From an uncultured Nitrospirota bacterium (GTDB taxonomy: Bacteria > CG2-30-53-67 > CG2-30-70-394): a stretch of DNA of 29,071 nucleotides. The DNA is taken from the NCBI GenBank assembly GCA_964599505.1, contig CAZRGD010000001.1, positions 1-29,071 of the forward strand, written 5' to 3'. The translations under genes and the position numbers were made by a program. How positions within the stretch are numbered: the stretch's first letter is position 1; every line of letters starts with the position of its first letter. The notes under the pieces are model-generated. The model saw only the letters and a list, made by a program, of their open reading frames with translations. It was not told the origin of the DNA and made no database searches. Shown here piece by piece: positions 23,474-29,071 of this stretch.

Positions 23474-23697
23474 CGCAGAGAGGAGCGGGCGTCATGCCGG
23501 CTCGGGGCACTACGGCGACCGCTCGGACGATGGGTAGGAGCCGGCTCCTGCCGGCGATCCCAGCCCAGGGGGCTGGCGGGGCCTGCGGCCCCGTTTCGCG
23601 AGCGGGAGCTCGCTCCTACCGGGGTGGCGGGGGCTGGTTGCGATGCCCGGGAGGGCCGGTCACCTCTCTGCGTCTCTGCCCCTCTGCGTCTCTGCGT
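23474..23697. repeat. Nested intergenic element: GTAG-type REP doublet inside CGCAGAG/CTCTGCG arms
   Basis: REP1 GGTAGGAGCCGGCTCCTGCCGGCGA (23533-23557); inverted REP2 (23596-23620) reads GGTAGGAGCGAGCTCCCGCTCGCGA. Outer CGCAGAGAGG (23474-23483) complements CCTCTCTGCG (23663-23672), within four 8-bp CTCTGC(G/C)(T/C) units (23666-23697). Confidence 0.8.
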
Positions 23698-23738
23698 TGG
23701 AAAACGTCCAGCCACCGATCTTTCAGAGGAGACTCCCG

Positions 23739-24824
23739 GTGACCGCCGGGGCTACGTGGCTGGCGCGGATCCGCGCCCTTGATCTGCCGGAGCGGGTGCG
23801 GATCATGAATGTCTGTGGGGGGCATGAGCGCGCCATCGCCCAGGCGGGGCTACGCTCCGTCCTGCCGGAGGAGATCGAGCTCATCCCCGGCCCCGGCTGC
23901 CCGGTCTGTGTCTGTCCGGAGGAGGCGATCTACCACGCGATCCGCCTGAGCCTCGACGAGAGGGTCACCCTCGTCGCCTTCGGCGACATGCTGCGGGTGC
24001 CGGTAAACGTCGCCAGGGGAGAGGTGCGCTCCCTGGAGGAGGCGCGGGGTCTCGGCGGCGACGTCCGCCCCATCGCCTCACCCACGGAGGCCAGGGCAAT
24101 CGCCGAGGCGGAGCCGGAGCGCACGGTGGTCTTCTTCGCCGCCGGCTTCGAGACCACCACCGCGCCGGTGGCCGCCCTGGTGGCCGAGGGGCTGCCGGAG
24201 AACCTCCTCCTGCTCACCGCCTGCCGTCGCACCTGGCCGGCGGTGGCGCTGCTGTTGGAATCAGGCGAGGCGGGCTTCGACGGCCTGGTGGCGCCGGGCC
24301 ATGTGGCCACGGTGATGGGGCCGGAAGAGTGGTCGTTCGTCGCCGAACGGTTCCGGATCCCGGTGGCGGTCGCCGGCTTCACCCCCGAGAGCCTCCTGGC
24401 CGCCTTCGACTCGGTGGTCCGCCAGCACCTCGCGGGCCACCCCCACCTCACCAACTGCTACCCGCGGGTGGTCCGGCCCGGGGGCAACCGGGCGGCGCAG
24501 CAGATGCTGGCGGCGACCTTCGACGTGGTCGACGCCCCGTGGCGCGGCATCGGCACCCTGCCGGCCTCGGGCTACCGGCTGAAGGAGCGGTACGCCGACC
24601 ACGACGCCGCCCTCCGTTTTCCCGCCGTCACCGAGCGGGCCCGCGCCCGCGCCGGGGAGATGCCCGCCGGCTGCGGCTGCGCCGAGGTGGTCCTCGGTCG
24701 CCTCACCCCCACCGCCTGCGTCCTCTACGGCCACCCCTGCACCCCACGCGCGCCGGTGGGGCCGTGCATGGTCTCCGACGAGGGGGCGTGCCGCATCTGG
24801 TGGTCGAGCGGCAATCGTGGCTGA
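23739..24824 (+). CDS. hypD: Hydrogenase maturation protein HypD
   Basis: NVCGGH, GPGCPVC, GFETT, PGHV, C-terminal CGC...C...CTP...CMVSDEGAC; GAGGAG RBS before GTG 23739. Confidence 0.95.
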   Translation: MTAGATWLARIRALDLPERVRIMNVCGGHERAIAQAGLRSVLPEEIELIPGPGCPVCVCPEEAIYHAIRLSLDERVTLVAFGDMLRVPVNVARGEVRSLEEARGLGGDVRPIASPTEARAIAEAEPERTVVFFAAGFETTTAPVAALVAEGLPENLLLLTACRRTWPAVALLLESGEAGFDGLVAPGHVATVMGPEEWSFVAERFRIPVAVAGFTPESLLAAFDSVVRQHLAGHPHLTNCYPRVVRPGGNRAAQQMLAATFDVVDAPWRGIGTLPASGYRLKERYADHDAALRFPAVTERARARAGEMPAGCGCAEVVLGRLTPTACVLYGHPCTPRAPVGPCMVSDEGACRIWWSSGNRG

Positions 24825-24852
24825 GGCCACGATTGGGGCTGGGTGCAGGCCC

Positions 24853-25179
24853 TCAGCTCGCGGCCTCGTCGAGGCCGAGGGCGAAGCAGAGGGCGCGGTC
24901 GACCTCGGCCATCTTTTTTGGAGAGACCGCGCCCGCGGGTTGGATCAGGCGGCGTTTGGGGATGGTGGTGACGGTGTCGAGGTTGGCGACACACCTTTTG
25001 GGTAGTCCCTCCGCCCGTCCAAGAGCGACTTCCACCGGTAGCCTGCGGATCCGCGTGGTCACCGGGGCTACGGTCACCAGGGTGCGCACCGCATACGCCT
25101 CGTTGCGCGAGAGGAGGAGCACTGGACGTCGACCCGCCGGGGATGGGAGCTCTGCCCACCACACCTCACCTCGTCTCAT
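24853..25179 (-). CDS. mazF: MazF/PemK-family mRNA interferase toxin
   Basis: MRRGEVWWA, GRRPVLLLSR, VAPVTT, NLDTVTTI; ATG overlaps the antitoxin stop (ATGA). Confidence 0.92.
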   Translation of the reverse strand: MRRGEVWWAELPSPAGRRPVLLLSRNEAYAVRTLVTVAPVTTRIRRLPVEVALGRAEGLPKRCVANLDTVTTIPKRRLIQPAGAVSPKKMAEVDRALCFALGLDEAAS

Positions 25180-25433
25180 TCCCACGGCTCCTCGCCAAAG
25201 ACCTCCCCTGCCACCGTTTCGGAGAGGGCCTCCTCTTCCCCCTCGGGGTGGCGCTGGTAGCCAGCGACGTACTCGGCCACGCGTTCGGTATGGCTCTGGC
25301 GGACAAAAAGGAGCTCGATGGCGCGACGGATGAAGGCGCTCCGGCTCTCAGAGCGAGCAGTACGCTCCCGCTCCATCCGTTCCAGCAACTCCTCCGGGAG
25401 GCTGATGGCGATCTTCTTGCAGTGCGAGATCAT
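25176..25433 (-). CDS. Ribbon-helix-helix antitoxin (CopG/MazE-like)
   Basis: KIAISLPEELL...SRSAFIRRAIE; acidic C-terminus; coupled to mazF. Confidence 0.85.
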   Translation of the reverse strand: MISHCKKIAISLPEELLERMERERTARSESRSAFIRRAIELLFVRQSHTERVAEYVAGYQRHPEGEEEALSETVAGEVFGEEPWE

Positions 25434-25540
25434 GGGATAGTGTCGATGCTCAAGTCTTACCACAGTATGAGAAGAATAATACCACTAGGCATACAAAGCA
25501 GCTAAGAACACTTTGCCCTCGCGGGTATGGCGTGTTCCCC

Positions 25541-26293
25541 TCACCACCCCCAGTCGGCCAGCTCCGCCATGAAGGGGCGGGCGGTGAGGTCGAAGTGGAT
25601 CGGGGTGACGGCGACGTAGCCCTCCGCCAGGGCGGTGTCGTCGACGGTCTCGCCATGGTCGGGGATCAGGGTCTCTCCCGCCTGCCAGTAGTACTGCTTG
25701 CCGCGCGGGTCGACGCGTGCCTCGAACGCCTCGACGAATCGCCCCTGCCCCTGCTCGGTGACGCGGAAGCCGTGGATCTGCTCGCGTGGAATCGGCGGGA
25801 CGTTGACGTTGAGCAACACCCCGTCGGGCAGCCGGTGGGCGAGGATCTGCTCGGCCACCTCCACAGCGATCTCCGCCGCGGGTCCAAATTCCGGCTCCAT
25901 GGACCAGCCGCGGGAGATGGCGAAGGAGGGGATGGAGAGGATCGCCCCCTCGGTTGCGGCGGAGACGGTCCCCGAGTAGATGACGTTGTGGCCGGTGTTG
26001 GCGCCGTGGTTGATCCCCGAGACCACCAGGTCCGGCGGTGCCTCCATCAGCATGCGCACCGCCAGTTTCACGCAGTCCGCCGGGGTGCCGTTGACCGCTC
26101 GGCCGAAGAGGACCCCATCGTGAAAGACCTTCTCCACCCGCAGGGGATCGGTGAGGGTGATGGCGTGGCCGACCGCGGAGCGCTCCGCCAGGGGTGCCAC
26201 CACGGTCACCTCGCCGAGGCGCGCCATCGCCTTGGCCAGGCGGTAGAGCCCCTCGGCGTGGATGCCATCGTCATTGGTCACCAAGATCCGCAT
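25541..26293 (-). CDS. surE: 5'/3'-nucleotidase SurE
   Basis: RILVTNDDG, GTPADCV, SGINHGAN, YSGTVSAA, LNVN. Confidence 0.96.
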   Translation of the reverse strand: MRILVTNDDGIHAEGLYRLAKAMARLGEVTVVAPLAERSAVGHAITLTDPLRVEKVFHDGVLFGRAVNGTPADCVKLAVRMLMEAPPDLVVSGINHGANTGHNVIYSGTVSAATEGAILSIPSFAISRGWSMEPEFGPAAEIAVEVAEQILAHRLPDGVLLNVNVPPIPREQIHGFRVTEQGQGRFVEAFEARVDPRGKQYYWQAGETLIPDHGETVDDTALAEGYVAVTPIHFDLTARPFMAELADWGW

Positions 26294-27068
26294 GCCATGC
26301 CTCCAGTCGCGCCGCGTCGTAGGTCACCTCCACCAGACAGAGCCCCTCGGGACGGGCGGTGGGGCCGGCGGCAGCACGGTCACGCGCCGAGATGATCGGG
26401 GCGAGGGCGCCGCTTGGCAAGCGGCCTCGTCCTACCTCCAGGAGGGTGCCGGCGATCGCCCGCACCATGTGCTTCAAAAAACCAGTGCCGGCGATCTCCA
26501 GGTGGAGCTCGTCGCCTACCGGGCTGAAGCGCGCCCCCACCACCTCGCGCACGGTGGTGGTGGTGTCGGCGTCGGAGGCGCAGAAGCTGGCGAAGTCGTG
26601 GGTCCCTACCAGGGGCGCCACCGCCGCGGCCATCGCCGCCACGTCCAGGGGGCGAGATTCCCAAAAGACGAACGGCCGGCGGAAGAGGGGGCGTAGCGGC
26701 CGGTTGAGGATCCGGTAGCGGTAGAGCTTTCCGCAGGCGGCGAAGCGGGCGTGGAAGTCGGGCTCCACCGGCTCCAACTTGCGGCAGAGGATGTCCGGCG
26801 GCAGGAGGGCGTTGATCCCGCGCAGGAGCGCCGTCGCTGCGAACGGCCGCTCCAGGTCGAAGTGGGCCGGGAGGTGGTTCGCGTGGACCCCGGTGTCGGT
26901 GCGCGAGGCGGCGTGGATCCGCACCGGCCGGTCGCACAGGCGCGACAGCGCCGCCTCCACCGCCCCCTGCACGGTCACCTGATTGGGCTGCACCTGCCAG
27001 CCGGCGTAGGCGGTGCCCTCGAAGGCGAGGTGCAGCAACAGGCGCTGGCCGGCGACGAGGTCGCTCAC
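26271..27068 (-). CDS. truA: tRNA pseudouridine(38-40) synthase TruA
   Basis: FEGTAYAGWQ, SRTDTGVHA (catalytic Asp), GTHDFASF, FLKHMVRAIAG; GTG 27068 overlaps the ecfT stop. Confidence 0.95.
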   Translation of the reverse strand: MSDLVAGQRLLLHLAFEGTAYAGWQVQPNQVTVQGAVEAALSRLCDRPVRIHAASRTDTGVHANHLPAHFDLERPFAATALLRGINALLPPDILCRKLEPVEPDFHARFAACGKLYRYRILNRPLRPLFRRPFVFWESRPLDVAAMAAAVAPLVGTHDFASFCASDADTTTTVREVVGARFSPVGDELHLEIAGTGFLKHMVRAIAGTLLEVGRGRLPSGALAPIISARDRAAAGPTARPEGLCLVEVTYDAARLEAWHADLGDQ

Positions 27069-27796
27069 AGCGCGCCTTTCTGGAGGAGCCAGCCGGTGGC
27101 GACCACGGCGGCGACGGCGACGGCGAAGAGGCCATCGGCGGCGGTGAGGCGCAGGGCGGCGGCCGCCGTCGTCGGGTCGGTGAGCGTGCCGGCCTCGGCG
27201 GCCGTGGCACGGGCGGCGATTTCCGCCTCGCCCGCGGTGATCAGCCGCCGCAGGCGGCCGTCGAGATCGAGCGGCCCCTCGCGCCAGGTGTGCAGGTGGG
27301 CAGCGAACCATGGCAGAAAGCCGAGGGCGAGGGAGGCGACCACCACTGCGTGGTGCAGGCGATGGCCCGGGGCGGCGAGGCGACCGGCGAGGCGGGCGAG
27401 GCCCGCCACCAGCGCCTCGGGCTCCACCGCCCGGTAGAGGGCATGGGCGATCCACACCGCCCCGATCAGGCGCACCGCGGTGAGCAGCGCGAGGTGCACC
27501 CCCTCGCGGGTGATCCACAGGTGCAGGGGTGCCACTCCGATCAGGACGTGGCCCGGGGTCAGGACCAGGTTGAGGGTCACGGTGATCAGCAGCAGCGCCC
27601 GGAGGAAGCGGAGGATGGCGAGGAAGGGGCGGCCGGGGAGGTGGTGGAGGAGCCCGTAGGCGACCCCTGCGGCGGCGAGGACGGCGAGGGCGGCGGGTCG
27701 CTCCCAGCGGAAGAGGGGGAGGAGGAGGGCGAGGGCGAAGAGGAGGTGGGTGCGCGGGTCGAGCGGCGACGGGCGGCGATCGAGGGCGGGCAGCAT
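27065..27796 (-). CDS. EcfT/CbiQ-like energy-coupling-factor transmembrane protein (divergent)
   Basis: LDPRT N-terminal motif, ITREG...R...PEAL helix pattern, adjacency to truA. Confidence 0.65.
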   Translation of the reverse strand: MLPALDRRPSPLDPRTHLLFALALLLPLFRWERPAALAVLAAAGVAYGLLHHLPGRPFLAILRFLRALLLITVTLNLVLTPGHVLIGVAPLHLWITREGVHLALLTAVRLIGAVWIAHALYRAVEPEALVAGLARLAGRLAAPGHRLHHAVVVASLALGFLPWFAAHLHTWREGPLDLDGRLRRLITAGEAEIAARATAAEAGTLTDPTTAAAALRLTAADGLFAVAVAAVVATGWLLQKGAL

Positions 27797-27800
27797 GACT

Positions 27801-28102
27801 ACAGAAGGCAGAAGGCAGAAGGCGGTAGGCAGTGGGAGGCGAGGGCGAAGTATGGCGTGTCCTGCGCCGTTCCCAAGGCCCCCACCATAATCGTCGGTTC
27901 CAAATCGGGATCGGGATCGAAATCGGCTGTACCGTCGCCAGAGACCGCATGCTCTCGCGAAGCGGGTAGCCTCTGTTGCCAAGATGGCTGAGCGGAGCCA
28001 GCGCTCGTCGAACCCGATAGCGATCCCGATCCCGATAGCGATGGCCCCAACGTTCCCCCCCGGGCCAGGACTGCCTACTGCCTACTGCCCTCTGCCCTCT
28101 GT
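27801..28102. repeat. Nested inverted short-period repeat element between bioD and ecfT
   Basis: Outer 7-bp-unit arms 27801-27833 and 28070-28102 (29/33 complementary); inner 6-bp-unit arms 27904-27926 and 28014-28036 (21/23 complementary). Confidence 0.85.
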
Positions 28103-28105
28103 CTA

Positions 28106-28828
28106 CTACCTCAGCGGTTCCCCCGACAGGGCGTAGGCCGCCTGATAGAGGGCGGCGCCGTTGAACCGACGGGCGAGCCGCTCCCAGGTGGCGGGGTCGG
28201 TGGGCGCCGTTACTTCCGGGAGGCGGGCCACGAGGGGGACGCGACACAGGGCCACCAAGTCCTCCACCGCGTGTACCACCGCCGGTTCTGCCTCGGTCCC
28301 GACCACCTGGTTTACCACCATCCCCACCACCGCCACGTGGGCGGCGCGCAGGGCGCGGAGGGTGAGCCAGGTGTGGTTGAGGGTACCGAGGCGCGGGGTG
28401 GTCACCACCAGGCAGGGGAGGTGGAGGGTGGCGAGCCAGTCCAGGAGGGTGGCCTTAGGGGTGAGGGGGACGCCGAGGCCGCCGATCCCCTCGACCACCA
28501 CGAAGGGGTGGTGGAGCCGCAGGCGGGTCACGAGAGCGGTGAGCGCCGCGACATCCACCTCCTGCCCCGCCTCGCGCGCCGCGCGCAGGGGGGCAGCGGG
28601 GGTCGGGAAGCGTAGGGCGCATGCCTCCTCGGCGGTCAGCTCACCGTCCGCGGCGGCGCGCAGGCGGGCGGTGTCCTCGCCCTCGCTTCCCACGACCCCG
28701 GTCTCCACCGGCTTGCACGCCACCGCCATCACATGGGCCTGGCGCAAGGCGCGGGTCACGGCGCACGCCACCACCGTCTTGCCGACGCCGGTGTCCGTCC
28801 CGGTGATGAAGAGGCCGCTGCCGAGCAT
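28106..28828 (-). CDS. bioD: Dethiobiotin synthase
   Basis: FITGTDTGVGKT, CKPVETG, VVEGIGG, LGTLNHT. Confidence 0.95.
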   Translation of the reverse strand: MLGSGLFITGTDTGVGKTVVACAVTRALRQAHVMAVACKPVETGVVGSEGEDTARLRAAADGELTAEEACALRFPTPAAPLRAAREAGQEVDVAALTALVTRLRLHHPFVVVEGIGGLGVPLTPKATLLDWLATLHLPCLVVTTPRLGTLNHTWLTLRALRAAHVAVVGMVVNQVVGTEAEPAVVHAVEDLVALCRVPLVARLPEVTAPTDPATWERLARRFNGAALYQAAYALSGEPLR

Positions 28829-28878
28829 GGGGGGAGTATCGCCGATCTTCCTCGATCAAGCTGCCATGGGGACAAAAC

Positions 28879-28960
28879 CACGAAGACCACGAAGTTCACG
28901 AAGGGGAAAACGGCAGTCGGCAGTCGCCGTAGGGTGGCGCCAAGCGAAGCGCGGCGTACC
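28879..28960. repeat. Composite repeat stack: 3x CACGAAG (period 9), 2x GGCAGTC, GTAG-type REP-like hairpin
   Basis: CACGAAG at 28879, 28888, 28897; GGCAGTC at 28912, 28919; GTAGGGTGGCGCC-AAGCGAAGCGC-GGCGTACC at 28929-28960. Confidence 0.7.
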
Positions 28961-29071
28961 GAATTCCGGACCATTGCAGAATTTGGGTACCCAATCGAAG
29001 CACGTGCGACGCGAATCGCGTGGGCGTTGGGCTCCATCTCCGACACCGCTTTCACCATGAAGAGCATGAAG

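Noticed and set aside
26271-28247. 658-aa minus-strand ORF appearing to extend TruA
   Set aside because: Only the last 265 aa are TruA; the rest is low-complexity off-frame reading through ecfT and the repeat element. GTG 27068 overlapping the ecfT stop is the natural start.
28934-29071. Open frames at the right edge (plus-strand ...EFRTIAEFGYP..., minus-strand 28756-29067)
   Set aside because: No recognisable motif, overlap with repeat DNA and truncation by the window edge; cannot be called.

Overview
GC-rich bacterial chromosomal window from a probable sulfur-oxidising, H2-using organism; the host cannot be assigned from the sequence. Left third: an oxidative-type dissimilatory sulfur locus with the order rrf2 - dsrEFH - dsrJ - dsrC - dsrMK - cobA - membrane/DUF1858 fusion - TauD-like, flanked divergently by radical SAM - sirC - dsrN. 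dsrAB, dsrL, dsrO and dsrP are not in the window. Middle: a signalling patch (receiver protein, possible degenerate GGDEF-like protein, degenerate hybrid kinase, two small proteins including a 53-aa ORF missing from the ORF track), hisA-hisF-hisIE and an LDH-family gene. Right: a group-1e/Isp-type [NiFe] hydrogenase operon (protease-hynS-isp1-isp2-hynL-orf), hypC/hypD, an RHH-MazF toxin-antitoxin pair, and bioD-ecfT-truA-surE. Non-coding DNA holds the least explained signals. First, six sigma54-type -24/-12 motifs: three in the dsr locus sharing AGCTGGC-N7-T(T/C)GC, and a tandem pair 21 bp apart. Second, four intergenic elements built from several short-period repeat families and GTAG-type REPs, two of them nested as inverted arms inside operons. 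No CRISPR array, rRNA, tRNA or transposase was found. All family assignments are by motif recognition; no database searches were run.
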